A DNA stretch of 64,000 nt from Alphaproteobacteria bacterium (GTDB taxonomy: Bacteria; Pseudomonadota; Alphaproteobacteria; UBA828), in contig CAXXVO010000015.1 in NCBI GenBank assembly GCA_963422645.2, positions 1 to 64,000 of the forward strand, in the 5' to 3' direction. Below the pieces are notes generated by a model. The model saw only the letters and a list, made by a program, of their open reading frames with translations, was not told the DNA's origin and searched no databases. Shown here piece after piece: positions 52,590 through 62,387 of the stretch (the first letter of the stretch is position 1; every line of letters starts with the position of its first letter). The position numbers and the translations under genes were made by a program.

Positions 52590-52977
52590 ATGACCGGGGG
52601 GCCGGCGCGGGGGCGGAGACCGGGTCCGCTCCGCGGGCTCTACGACTGGACGCTCGCGCTCGCGGGCAAGCGGCACGCCGTCTGGGCGCTCGCCGCCGTG
52701 GCGTTTGCGGAAAGTTCGTTCTTCCCGATCCCGCCGGACCTGCTGCTGATCCCCATGGTGCTCGCGCAAAGGGCCAAGGCGTGGCTGCTGGCGGGAGTCT
52801 GTACCCTCTTCTCCGTCGGCGGCGGCCTCTTCGGCTACGCGATCGGATACTTTCTCTTCGATGCCTTCGGCGGCCCGCTGCTCGAGACTTGGGGCAACGA
52901 AGACAAGCTCGCGACCTTCGAGCGCTACCGGGACGAGTGGGGCGCCTGGATCGTCGTCGCCGGCGGCTTCACCCCCT
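52590..52977 (+). pseudogene. YqaA/DedA-family membrane protein truncated by IS110
   Basis: FAESSFFPIPPD, GYAIG, ends at GGFTP. Confidence 0.88.
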
Positions 52978-54433
52978 GTACCTCTCATGACGCTTCAGCC
53001 GTTTCGGGGTGCAGACGTTGCTTAGCCATTTCCTCGACCTTCATCGCAGCAGTGCTGGCTGGCCACTGGCTTCGCCGGAGCGCGTAGCGCGGAGGGGAAG
53101 CCAGTGGCCAGGTGCAGCTCATCGAAGCTCCCTGCCATCGTGGCAGTCCCGTCCATTGCGGACGGGACGGGCCAAGGGATCGAGAGCAACCGAGCGCCCC
53201 CTGCGCCGAGAGCACCTGGGGGGGACCTGTGCCTCGGTCCCTGGCCACGATGGACGCCTGGTGGGGAGTTTGCGCCTTGAGCGCCAGTACAGGGACGGGA
53301 AGGCATCGTGGCGGTCCGTTTGCACAAGGGCGCGAAGGGAATGCCATGCACATGCTTGAGTATTTTGCGGGGATCGACTGGGGCTCGGAGACCCACCAGG
53401 TCTGCGTTGTCGACAGCGCTGGCGAGGTGTCGGCCGAGCGGGCCTTCAGTCACGGCGGAGCCGGTCTCGCAGAGATGGCGGCCTGGATCCTCGCCAGGGC
53501 GGGCGTCGACCCGCACGCGATCGGGGTCGCCATCGAGATCCCGCACGGACCCGTCGTCGAGACCATGATGGAACGCGGCTTCACGGTCCACTCCGTGAAT
53601 CCGAAGCAGCTCGACCGCTTCCGCGACCGCTTCTCGCCGGCCGGCGCCAAGGACGATCGCCGCGACGCCCGCGTGCTCGCCGATGCCCTGCGGACCGATG
53701 GCCATGCGTTCCGGCGCCTGGACCCGGCAGCGCCGGAGATCGTCGAGCTGCGCGAGTGGTCGCGGATCGCCAACGACCTGACCCGCGACAGGACCCGGCT
53801 GGTGAACCGGGCCCGCCAGCAGCTCTGGCGCTACTATCCGCAGCTCCTCAAGGTCGAAAGCGATCTCACCAGGGCCTGGGTTCGCGAGCTCTGGTGCCTT
53901 GCGCCGACGCCCGCAAAGGCGCAGCGCGTCCGCGCCGCCACCGTCGCCAAGCTCCTGAAGCGCCATCGGGTGCGCCGGATCGATGCCGAAACCGCGCTCC
54001 GGATCATGCGCGAGCAGGCGGTGTCCGTCGCACCCGGCACGACCGAGGCCGCAGTCGCTCATATCGAGGTCGTCTTCTCGCAGCTTGCCGTCATCGCGCA
54101 GCAGCTCGCCAAGGCCTATGGCGAACTCGACCGTCTGAGCGCAACGCTGTCCCGATCGGCAGCCTCCCCGGAGGACGAGCCGGGAACAAATGCGCAGCGT
54201 GACGTGGAAATCCTGAGCTCGCTTCCCGGCGTCGGCAGGATCGTCCTCGCCACGCTGCTCGCAGAAGCACACGATCCTCTGCGCCGGCGAGACTACCAGG
54301 CCTTGCGATGCCTGTCCGGCGTCGCTCCCGTGACCAAGCGGTCCGGCAAGTCGCTCATCGTCATACGACGTCTCGCGTCTCACAACCGGCTCCAGGACGC
54401 CGTCTACCACTGGGCCGGGGTCGCGATACAGCA
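52978..54433 (+). mobile_element. Third IS110-family element 'Z', right end deleted; recombinase from 53346
   Basis: GIDWGSETH, AIEIPHG, KDDRRDA, LPGVG, GVAPVTKRSGK; about 370-bp 5' non-coding region. Confidence 0.9.
53150..53310 (+). ncRNA. candidate bridge RNA of IS110-Z
   Basis: cgccccCT (53195-53202) vs target caccccCT (52970-52977); gtacAG (53287-53292) complementary to CTgtac at the element start; boundaries approximate. Confidence 0.6.
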
Positions 54434-54616
54434 GGAGGGCACATTGGGAGGGTACTGGGCATGGTTGAGACCGTGCAATTGGTATCAAATTATAATATCA
54501 GACCTCGGGCGCGACACCCAGCGAAAAACCGCCTGAAACAACCGAAATGTATCAGAATTCAAGGAGTTCCCGGCACGCTGCCCAGAACAGCCAGCATCAC
54601 GAGGTCAGGAAGTCTG
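54434..54616 (-). mobile_element. IS 'C' left-end fragment fused to IS110-Z
   Basis: ggagggcacattgg...gaggtcaggaagtctg. Confidence 0.88.
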
Positions 54617-54695
54617 AACCTCATCCAAAATTTCGCACGCCAGTTCGTAGAAAGACTTCCTTACGTCGCGCCTTTCCTGAGCAAGCCGCTCCCGT

Positions 54696-55931
54696 TCACG
54701 CATTCGTCCGACCTCCACGTCGGCCCAGCGGCACGACTGTGCCGCCGGCATCACCCAGATAGGCACTCCATTGATTCATCAGGATGCGGCGGCGGTCGAA
54801 CTGGTCGCTTCTGTTGTAGGCGGCTTCAGTTTTGTCGCGCACCGTGTGGGCCAGAGCCGCTTCCATTACGTCGCGCGGAGTGTGGGTGAGTTCGCTTGCC
54901 CAGTCGCGCAAGCTCGATCGGAAGCCATGCGGCACGCCGTCCAGGCCGAGGTCACGCATGAGCTTGGAGATCGTCATGTCCGACAGCGGCTTGCCGGTCC
55001 GCGTGCCGGGGAAGATGAGGCCGCTTCCGTCATCGAGTGTCCGCGCCTCGGCGAGGATCGCGAGCGCGCGGTCGCAGAGAGGCACGCGGTGCACGATGCG
55101 GGCCTTCATTCGTGATGCCGGCACAGTCCAGGTCGCCGCCGCCGTGTCGATCTCGTCCCAGGTGGCGAGTCGGACCTCGCCCGAGCGCGCGGCCGTCAGG
55201 ATCAGGAACTCGAAGGCGAGCTTCGCGGACTTCCCGGCGCCCGAGCCGCGCACCGTCTCGATGGCGGCCGCGACCTCTCCGTGCGGCAAGGCCCGATGAT
55301 GACGCTTGGTCTTGCCGTTGTGCTTGGGGAGTGCCGCGCCGATGGCGTCGCCGGCCGGGTTGTCGGCCCGGTAGCCCTGCGCCACGGCCCACTTCATCAC
55401 CGTCGAGATACGCTGGCGCACGCGCCGCGCGGTCTCGGGCTTCGAGCTCCAGATCGGCATGAGAGCGGCCATGACGTCGGCCGTGGTGATGTCCGCGACG
55501 GGGCGTTGGCCGAGGCGCGGAAACACATAGCTTCGAAGCGTGGCTCCCCACTGGGCGGCATGCTTCTCGTTTCGCCATCCGTGGCGGTGGAGATCGATGA
55601 CGGTTGCGGTCGCAGCCTCAAAGGTCGGGATAGCGGTCGAGCTGCGGCGCTGAGCGAGAGGGTCGCCACCGGCACGCGCGATCTTGCGGTTCTCCAGCGC
55701 AACCTCCCGCGCTTCGGTGACGGAGACGAGCGCGCATCCACCCAGTCCGAGCGTGCGTTGCCGCCCGTGAATGACGAGCCTTTGCCCCCACCGCTTGGCG
55801 CCGGAGGGATCGACCTTCAGGAAGAGCCCGTTGCCGTCGTAGTAGCGGCCTGGCTTGGTGGTCTTGCGTACGAAGGCCGGGCTCAGCCTCTTCTCGGGGT
55901 GCTTGCCCGTCGGTTTTTGACCGTCCGCCAT
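54696..55931 (-). CDS. P4-like tyrosine integrase
   Basis: PGRYYDGNGLFL arm-binding domain; ARSGE, HGFRSS, LAH, AAYNRSD; adjacent to tRNA 3' end. Confidence 0.94.
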   Translation of the reverse strand: MADGQKPTGKHPEKRLSPAFVRKTTKPGRYYDGNGLFLKVDPSGAKRWGQRLVIHGRQRTLGLGGCALVSVTEAREVALENRKIARAGGDPLAQRRSSTAIPTFEAATATVIDLHRHGWRNEKHAAQWGATLRSYVFPRLGQRPVADITTADVMAALMPIWSSKPETARRVRQRISTVMKWAVAQGYRADNPAGDAIGAALPKHNGKTKRHHRALPHGEVAAAIETVRGSGAGKSAKLAFEFLILTAARSGEVRLATWDEIDTAAATWTVPASRMKARIVHRVPLCDRALAILAEARTLDDGSGLIFPGTRTGKPLSDMTISKLMRDLGLDGVPHGFRSSLRDWASELTHTPRDVMEAALAHTVRDKTEAAYNRSDQFDRRRILMNQWSAYLGDAGGTVVPLGRRGGRTNA

Positions 55932-56072
55932 TCTGGCCACCCTCTTTCCCGCTCCCTATACTAGACGAGATTATAGAGGATGGTGCTGAACGGCACAAGA
56001 CGAACCAATCGAAGAAACTGACCTATTCCTGCGGGTTATAGAGACGATGCGGGACTTCTTCATACAAGATAG

Positions 56073-56162
56073 TGGCGGAGGGGGTGGGATTCGAACCCAC
56101 GGTACGCTCGCGCGTACAACGGTTTTCGAGACCGCCCCGTTCGACCACTCCGGCACCCCTCC
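56073..56162 (-). tRNA. tRNA-Ser(CGA)
   Basis: GGAGGGG...CCCCTCC-GCCA acceptor stem, anticodon loop CTCGAAA, long variable arm, GGTTCGAATCC. Confidence 0.97.
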
Positions 56163-56197
56163 GCGGTCCGCCGCCCGGTGGGCTGCGCGGCCCTTAT

Positions 56198-57070
56198 CTA
56201 CGCCGGGCGAGCGCCCTCGGCAACCGCCGCAGCCGCCACGCTCCGCTCGTAGCCCGCGAAATCCTCGGTGCCGAGCACGTGGCGCTCCATCCACGCCGTG
56301 AAGGCCTCGCGCGAACGCGCGATCCCGTCCCAGGCCTCGTAGAAGGTGTTGTCCCGGCGGTAGTAGCCGAGCGCATAGGAGGGTCTGGCGCCGCCGGGCG
56401 CGGGCGAGACCGCGCTCACCACCCAGTGCGGCAGGTGGACCGAGCCTGGCCTGGGCTCAAGCTCATCCACGATCTCCTCCACCGTGACGAGCACTTTCCG
56501 GCTCGCGAGCGCGACCTCCTTCTGCACGCCGGAGATACCCCAGAGCATGACGTTGCCCTTGCGGTCGGCCTGTTGGGCGTGGATCACCGCGATATCGGGG
56601 CAGATGGCGGGGCTCGCCGCGAGCTGCTCCCCGGTGAAGGGGCAGGTGATGAACTTGATGATCGGGTTGTGCGCCGGCAGGTCCGAGCCGACATAGCCCC
56701 GGATCACCGAGAAGGGCAGCCCGCTCGCGCCCGCGACATAAGCGTTGGCGAGGTCGGCGTGGCTCCGCTCCTCGATCTCCAGCGGCCGGGGCCAGCCCTT
56801 CTCCACCGCGTCGCGGAAGCGGTGCAGCGAGCCCACGCCCGGGTTGCCGCCCCAGGAGAAGACCAGCCGCTTGACGCAGCCCATGCCGATGAGCTGGTCG
56901 TAAATCAGGTCCGGCGTCATCCGCACCGCCGTGAGGTCCTTGAGGCCTGCGCGGATCACCGCGTGGCCCGCGGCATGGGGGATCAGGTGGGTGAAGCCCT
57001 CCATGGCAACGGTATCGCCGTCATGGATGAGCACCGACACCGCGTCCGCAAGCGGGACGATCTCGGTCAT
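56198..57070 (-). CDS. CoA-transferase subunit A (glutaconate/3-oxoadipate type)
   Basis: EGFTHLIP, RMTPDLIYDQLIG, FSWGGNPGVGSLHR, HAQQADRKGN. Confidence 0.92.
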   Translation of the reverse strand: MTEIVPLADAVSVLIHDGDTVAMEGFTHLIPHAAGHAVIRAGLKDLTAVRMTPDLIYDQLIGMGCVKRLVFSWGGNPGVGSLHRFRDAVEKGWPRPLEIEERSHADLANAYVAGASGLPFSVIRGYVGSDLPAHNPIIKFITCPFTGEQLAASPAICPDIAVIHAQQADRKGNVMLWGISGVQKEVALASRKVLVTVEEIVDELEPRPGSVHLPHWVVSAVSPAPGGARPSYALGYYRRDNTFYEAWDGIARSREAFTAWMERHVLGTEDFAGYERSVAAAAVAEGARPA

Positions 57071-57124
57071 GCGCCGGCCGTGACGCGAACGTACCAGTGC
57101 AGGTGAGAAACGGGTGCCGGGCGG

Positions 57125-58117
57125 CTAGAAGCGCACGGGCACGACCGGCGCCTCGCCTTTGGCGATCATCTCGGGGATCACCGGCGAGGCGTTCTCCCAC
57201 ACCAGCAGCATCGAGCGCTTGGGCGAGAAGCCTTGGTGGCGGATGTCGGCCGGCATGCAGGCGACATCGCCGGCCCGCATGGTCACCACCGCGCGGGGAT
57301 CGCCGGAATGCTTGTCCTTCACGTTCCAGACGATCTCGTCCGAGAGCTGGATGAACCACTCGACGCGGTCGTTACCGTGCTCCACCGGGAGCGAAAACTC
57401 CTCCGAAGTGGGGCAGAAGAGGCTGTCCCGCACCACGGAGCAAACGGACGGGTTCCAGGTCACATCCGAGCGCGAGAGATAGGCGAAGAGGTTGAAGGAC
57501 TGCACCTCGTTCTCGAAGCCGGGCTCGATCTCGACCTCCGGCGCGTCCTGCTCCACATCGGCGAACATACGGTTGACCGGGTAGCCGCTCTCGTCGCTAC
57601 GGAGCGGCGCATCGTCCGGCAACCCAACCATGCGCTTCGCCATCACCCGCACGCGGCCGAGGGCCTCGGGGTTGCGCCCGCTCTTGCGGCCAAAGGGCTG
57701 CGCCGTCTCCTGCGGTGCTGTGAAGGGGTCGTAGCCGGCGTTGGTCCAGTCATCGAGCATCGCCTGGAAGGCCGCCCTCAGGTCGTCGCTGTCGATGGTC
57801 TCCTGGTAGTCGCGGCCGTTCTCGCGGTAGGCGTCATTGAAGCGCCCGATGTAGAGCTCGACCTGGCCGTAGAGGTTGGTGGTGCCGAACACGTCGTCGA
57901 AGTTGATGGTGCCGTAAAAGAAGTTCCACGCGACCTCTCGTACGAGCGCGCGCAGGAACGCATCCACCGGCATGAGATGGGAACCCTCGGGCCAGGTGAT
58001 ATGGGCGAAATACTCGTCGCGGCGAAAGCCGAAACCGCCGATCTGGAAGGTGCGGTAGCCGGTGTAGTTGTCGGGATCGGAGGCCGTGTAGGCCATCTGT
58101 GCGGTCTGTGCGGACAT
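57125..58117 (-). CDS. hydroquinone 1,2-dioxygenase large subunit (HapD/PnpC2-like)
   Basis: RDEYF, DAFLRAL.R.VAW.FFYG, LSRSDVTWNPSV, EHGNDRVEWFIQLSD, MPADIRHQG. Confidence 0.88.
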   Translation of the reverse strand: MSAQTAQMAYTASDPDNYTGYRTFQIGGFGFRRDEYFAHITWPEGSHLMPVDAFLRALVREVAWNFFYGTINFDDVFGTTNLYGQVELYIGRFNDAYRENGRDYQETIDSDDLRAAFQAMLDDWTNAGYDPFTAPQETAQPFGRKSGRNPEALGRVRVMAKRMVGLPDDAPLRSDESGYPVNRMFADVEQDAPEVEIEPGFENEVQSFNLFAYLSRSDVTWNPSVCSVVRDSLFCPTSEEFSLPVEHGNDRVEWFIQLSDEIVWNVKDKHSGDPRAVVTMRAGDVACMPADIRHQGFSPKRSMLLVWENASPVIPEMIAKGEAPVVPVRF

Positions 58118-58122
58118 CGCTC

Positions 58123-58620
58123 TCACTCCTCGCCGGTCTGGCAGATTTCGGCCCAGCGCTCGATTGTAAGCGGGCCTTCCATCGTCTGGAACAGGACGAC
58201 GCTCGGCGCCTCGGCCGAGATACGATAGGCGGCATTGGCGGGCAGCAGGGTCAGGTGGCCACGCCCGGCCCGGATGCGGCCCATGCGGGGGCCCTCCGGC
58301 TCGCCGTCGAGCTGCATGGCGCCGTCGCCTTCGGGCACCTCTCCGCCATGCTTCATCAGCTCGACCTCGATCTGCCCGTCGAGGCAAAGCGCGAACTCGT
58401 CATGGCCCGCCGTGAACCAGGGCGACGCGCCATCCACGCGCATGATCTCGATCGCGTACTCCAGGTTCTTGGCCACGCACACGCGCTCGAAGGGCGCCGA
58501 CTTGCCGGCCACCTCGAACACGTTGGAGAAGACATAGTTGCGCGGATCGTCGTTGATGATGTGGACCCCGCCCTTGCGGTAGTCGTCGAGCGATCCGAGC
58601 TCAGTGGTGTAGTCGGCCAT
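58123..58620 (-). CDS. hydroquinone 1,2-dioxygenase small subunit (HapC/PnpC1-like)
   Basis: GSLDDYRKG, YVFSNVFEVA, KNLEY, HDEF, WAEIC. Confidence 0.88.
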   Translation of the reverse strand: MADYTTELGSLDDYRKGGVHIINDDPRNYVFSNVFEVAGKSAPFERVCVAKNLEYAIEIMRVDGASPWFTAGHDEFALCLDGQIEVELMKHGGEVPEGDGAMQLDGEPEGPRMGRIRAGRGHLTLLPANAAYRISAEAPSVVLFQTMEGPLTIERWAEICQTGEE

Positions 58621-58735
58621 GGGCCTCGTCCCCTGCCCTGCATTCAGCTTGCGGTGGCCACTTTACCCGAAACCCCCGCCAATGCGGAAACCCGACGAGA
58701 ACCCGCCGCACACGGCACGCCTGCGCCCGCGGCGC

Positions 58736-59542
58736 TCAGCGCCTGGCATCGCGCCAGGCGATGGCGGCGCGCAGGCCCTGGGTTCGTGTGATCTCGAGGA
58801 ATTCGCGCTTGGTCGCCGTGCCCTCGGCCTCGATCAGGAGGTCCTGGTCGAGCGCCATTTCCAGCGCCTCGTCGAAGCCCATCATGCGGTACATGCGGTT
58901 GATCGTGGCCTTGGTGCGCTTGAGCAGCGCCGGCTCGATGGCGGCCATGCGGCGGGCAAGCCCAAGCGCGGCCTCAACCTCCTCGCCCACGGGCACGACG
59001 CGGTTGACGAGGCCGATCTCGTAGGCGCGCCGGGCGCCGATTTCGTCCTCGCCGGTGAGCAGGATTTCCTTCGCGTGCTTGGGCCCGGTGAGCCAGGGCA
59101 TCAGCATCACGACGATGCCGGCGCCGAAACGGAGCTCGGGCTCGCCGAAGCGGGCATCGTCTGCCGCCACGGTGACGTCGCAGGCGAGCGCGAGCTCGCA
59201 GCCACCGGCGAGCGCCGGGCCCCGCACCGCGGCGATCGTCGGCTTCGAGAGGTGCCAGAAGCGCATCACGGTATCGAAGTCGTCCCGCAGCACGTCGCGC
59301 CATCGGGCGACGCCATCGGGCGGCGCCGCAGCCTGCTCCTTGAGGTCGAAGCCCGATGAGAACGCACCGCCCGCGCCGGTCACGACCAGCGCGCGGATCG
59401 CCTCATCGCTCTCGACGGCGTCGCACGCCGCGTTAAGCTCCGCCAGCATTGTCCGGTTGATCGCGTTCGCACGTTCGGGCCGGTTCAGCGTGACGAGCGC
59501 GATCGCGTCCCGCCGCTCGAACCTGATGCATTGATGGTCCAT
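58736..59542 (-). CDS. enoyl-CoA hydratase/isomerase family protein
   Basis: TLNRPERANA, FSSGFDL, AGGCELALACD, FGEPE. Confidence 0.93.
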   Translation of the reverse strand: MDHQCIRFERRDAIALVTLNRPERANAINRTMLAELNAACDAVESDEAIRALVVTGAGGAFSSGFDLKEQAAAPPDGVARWRDVLRDDFDTVMRFWHLSKPTIAAVRGPALAGGCELALACDVTVAADDARFGEPELRFGAGIVVMLMPWLTGPKHAKEILLTGEDEIGARRAYEIGLVNRVVPVGEEVEAALGLARRMAAIEPALLKRTKATINRMYRMMGFDEALEMALDQDLLIEAEGTATKREFLEITRTQGLRAAIAWRDARR

Positions 59543-59761
59543 CGCAGGCCCCCCCGGACGGATGCGTCGGACGCGAGCGCCGACGTAGAGCGTGTCCGTC
59601 TTGGGCGGACACGCGACAGGCCGCGACTGCGGGCCGCCGCTCTTGCGGCGCACATCGCGCGCCCCCGCGCGCGTGGACGCGCGACGCGGAGGCGCCGGCC
59701 GCAGGCCGGCTACCGTAAGCGGAAATGAAGATAGATCGTTTCCGTGTGAAGCGGAAACGCT

Positions 59762-60217
59762 CTAAGCGTCGTGGCTGGGGACCCAGGGGATCTCGCCGAT
59801 CTCGATCCCCTCGTCAGCAAGTTCGCCGACCTCTTCCTTGGTGGCATCGCCGTAGATGCTGCGGCGTTCGGCCTCGCCGTAGTGGATCTTGCGCGCCTCC
59901 TCGGGGAAGCTCTCGCCCACATGATCGAAATTCTGCTCGATATAGGTGCGCATGCGCCGCAGCGTTCCGACCGCGTGGGCCATTTCCGGCGGCGTCGGCT
60001 TGCGTGCAGGCACCTTCTCCGGCGCAGGCTCGGGCTCTCCCCTCGCCTTGTTGTTGACCGCGATGTTGGGTGCCATGGGCGCCTTCGCGACCTTGACGTC
60101 GCCGCAGTAGGGGCAGCCGATCTCGCCCGCCTCCGCCTGCTGCTCATAGGCCGCGGAGTCGGCGAAGTAGGCCTCGAACACGTGGTCCTTGCCGCACTTG
60201 AGGTCGAACACGATCAT
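59762..60217 (-). CDS. DUF1178 family protein
   Basis: MIVFDLKC..DHVFE, CPYCG, KAPMAP, EARKIHYGE, IYG. Confidence 0.9.
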   Translation of the reverse strand: MIVFDLKCGKDHVFEAYFADSAAYEQQAEAGEIGCPYCGDVKVAKAPMAPNIAVNNKARGEPEPAPEKVPARKPTPPEMAHAVGTLRRMRTYIEQNFDHVGESFPEEARKIHYGEAERRSIYGDATKEEVGELADEGIEIGEIPWVPSHDA

Positions 60218-60312
60218 GGGGCTCTGCCCGGCTCGCTGCCACGGTCTCTGCAACGTACCATAGAACCCCGAATCCATACGAAAATCCAATTGGCCTCACG
60301 GCCGGTGCCGCC

Positions 60313-60849
60313 ATGCACAGCCACCGCTCACGCGTCCCCTCTTCCTGGATTACCCGCTACGCAGGCCTGATCGCCGAAGGCGGCCATGCCCTCGACCTCG
60401 CCTGCGGCGGGGGCCGGCACACGCGCTATCTGCGCGAGCGCGGCCTCAAGGTCACGGCCATCGACATCGACACCTCGGGCCTCGCCGACCTCGCGGACGA
60501 TCCCCTGGTCGAGATCGTCGAGACGGACTTGGAGCGTCCCGGCGCCACGCCGCTCTCCGGGCGCCGCTTCGACGCCGTGGTGGTGACGGACTACTTGTTT
60601 CGCCCGCTGCTGGTCCCGCTCGTGGATTGCCTCCTGCCGGGCGGCGTCTTCCTCTACGAGACCTTTGCCACCGGCAACGAGCGCTTCGGTCGCCCCCGCA
60701 ACCCGGACTTTCTGCTGCAGCGCGGCGAGCTGCTGGCGCTCTCCGAAGGGCGTCTCTCGGTCGTCGCCTACGAGCACCGCGCAGTCCCGCCGCCCGCGCC
60801 TAAGATCGTGCAGCACCTCTGCGCCCGCAAGCCGGCGCGCGGACCATGA
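60313..60849 (+). CDS. class I SAM-dependent methyltransferase
   Basis: LDLACGGGRH, YETF, PRNPDFLL. Confidence 0.9.
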   Translation: MHSHRSRVPSSWITRYAGLIAEGGHALDLACGGGRHTRYLRERGLKVTAIDIDTSGLADLADDPLVEIVETDLERPGATPLSGRRFDAVVVTDYLFRPLLVPLVDCLLPGGVFLYETFATGNERFGRPRNPDFLLQRGELLALSEGRLSVVAYEHRAVPPPAPKIVQHLCARKPARGP

Positions 60850-60861
60850 CTGCGGCGAGAA

Positions 60862-62298
60862 CTACCCTGCTCCCGACAGCGCCCCGCCTTCGCGCTGCCA
60901 GAGCGCGTGCGTGAGGATTCCCACCGAGCCTTCGACCGCCTCCATCGCGTCGAGGATCAGGTCTTCGCGATAGCGGCGGCCGATGATCTGCACCCCCGCA
61001 GGCAGCCCGTCCGCGAAGCCGATGGGCACCACCCCTGCCGGCAAGCCGAGGTAATTGACCCCGGTGCTGTAGACGGCGGCCTCGAAGAGGTCCCTCATCT
61101 GGTCGAACCCCTGCGCGTCATAATCCCACGGGTAGAGCGAGCGCATCATGAACGGACACAGCACCAGGGGATACCGGTCGAGAAAGACATTCCACTCGCG
61201 GGTGAGCGCGGTGCGGTCGGCGATGCCCTGACGGTAGCCGACCGGATCGACCGGATTCCCGATTCGTTGGAATTTCTCGAATATGGTCTGGATGGTCTCG
61301 CTGCCGTGCTCGCGCGCGATTGGGCCAAGGAAGTGGATGATCTCGCTTCCGAGCACGTCGAACCAGGCTCGCGCCGCCTTCATGATCGAGGGGGACGCCA
61401 CGCGCTCGACGGCGTAGCCCGCATCGCTCAGCACGTCCGCAGCCCGCTCGATACTGGCAAGGATCTCGGGATTGACGGGATAGCCGTGGCTCTCGCATGT
61501 GACTGCGACCTTGATCGGCGGTTCCAGCGCGGGTCCGTCGAAGGGGACCGGCACCCACCACGGATCGCGCGGATCGCCGCCCGCGAGCACCCGCGTTGCG
61601 AGCCGCACGTCCCGCACCTCGCGGCAGATAGCGCCCTGGACGGACATGAGCTGGGCGAGCAGGCCGCGTTCGGCCGCCGCACTCGGGTTGTACGCGGGCA
61701 CCCGCCCCAGGGTCGGCTTCACCGTCGCCAGCCCGCAGGCGAACGCAGGAAAGCGCAGCGACCCGCCGATGTCGTTGCCGTGGTGGATCGGCCCGAAGCC
61801 CATCGCAGCCGCCGCCGACGCCCCGCCGGACGACCCGCCCGGCGATGCGTCGGCATCCCAGGGATTGAGGGTCCGGCCGCGCAGCGGGTTGTCCGTGGTC
61901 GCCCTCATCGAGAGCTCGGGCGTATTGGTGCGCCCCACGATGACCGCGCCGGCATCGAGCAGGCTGCGCGCCACCGGCGAGTGGTCCGGCGCGATGACGT
62001 CCGCGTACGCGGGCAGCCCGTTCGTGGTCGCCTGACCGGCAACGTCGATATTCTCCTTGATGGTGACAGGCACCCCGTGCAGCGGCCCGAGGGCGGCACC
62101 CTCGGCGGCTTCCCGATCCTTCCGCTCGGCGGCACGCATGGCCTCGTCCGAGCAGTCGACCACGATCGCGTTGATGCGCCCGTTGTGCTCGGCGATGCGG
62201 CCCAGCACCGATTCAGTCACCTCGACGCAGGACACCTCCCGCGCGCGGATCATCGCGGCGAGATCGACTGCGCTTCGGCTCCACAAGTCCTGGTTCAT
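60862..62298 (-). CDS. amidase (amidase-signature family)
   Basis: GPLHGVPVTIKEN, GGSSGG, GNDIGGSLRFPA. Confidence 0.94.
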   Translation of the reverse strand: MNQDLWSRSAVDLAAMIRAREVSCVEVTESVLGRIAEHNGRINAIVVDCSDEAMRAAERKDREAAEGAALGPLHGVPVTIKENIDVAGQATTNGLPAYADVIAPDHSPVARSLLDAGAVIVGRTNTPELSMRATTDNPLRGRTLNPWDADASPGGSSGGASAAAAMGFGPIHHGNDIGGSLRFPAFACGLATVKPTLGRVPAYNPSAAAERGLLAQLMSVQGAICREVRDVRLATRVLAGGDPRDPWWVPVPFDGPALEPPIKVAVTCESHGYPVNPEILASIERAADVLSDAGYAVERVASPSIMKAARAWFDVLGSEIIHFLGPIAREHGSETIQTIFEKFQRIGNPVDPVGYRQGIADRTALTREWNVFLDRYPLVLCPFMMRSLYPWDYDAQGFDQMRDLFEAAVYSTGVNYLGLPAGVVPIGFADGLPAGVQIIGRRYREDLILDAMEAVEGSVGILTHALWQREGGALSGAG

Positions 62299-62387
62299 CG
62301 CGCCTGCTGCCGTTCTGGTGGAGTGGGATGCACTCTTGGACCGTCCAAGTTTCGACGGCACGCGGGATCGGCAAAAAGCCGCCGGGT

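Noticed and set aside
53112-54536. 474-aa IS110 ORF as a full protein
   Set aside because: N-terminus is translated non-coding leader and C-terminus reads into an IS 'C' fragment
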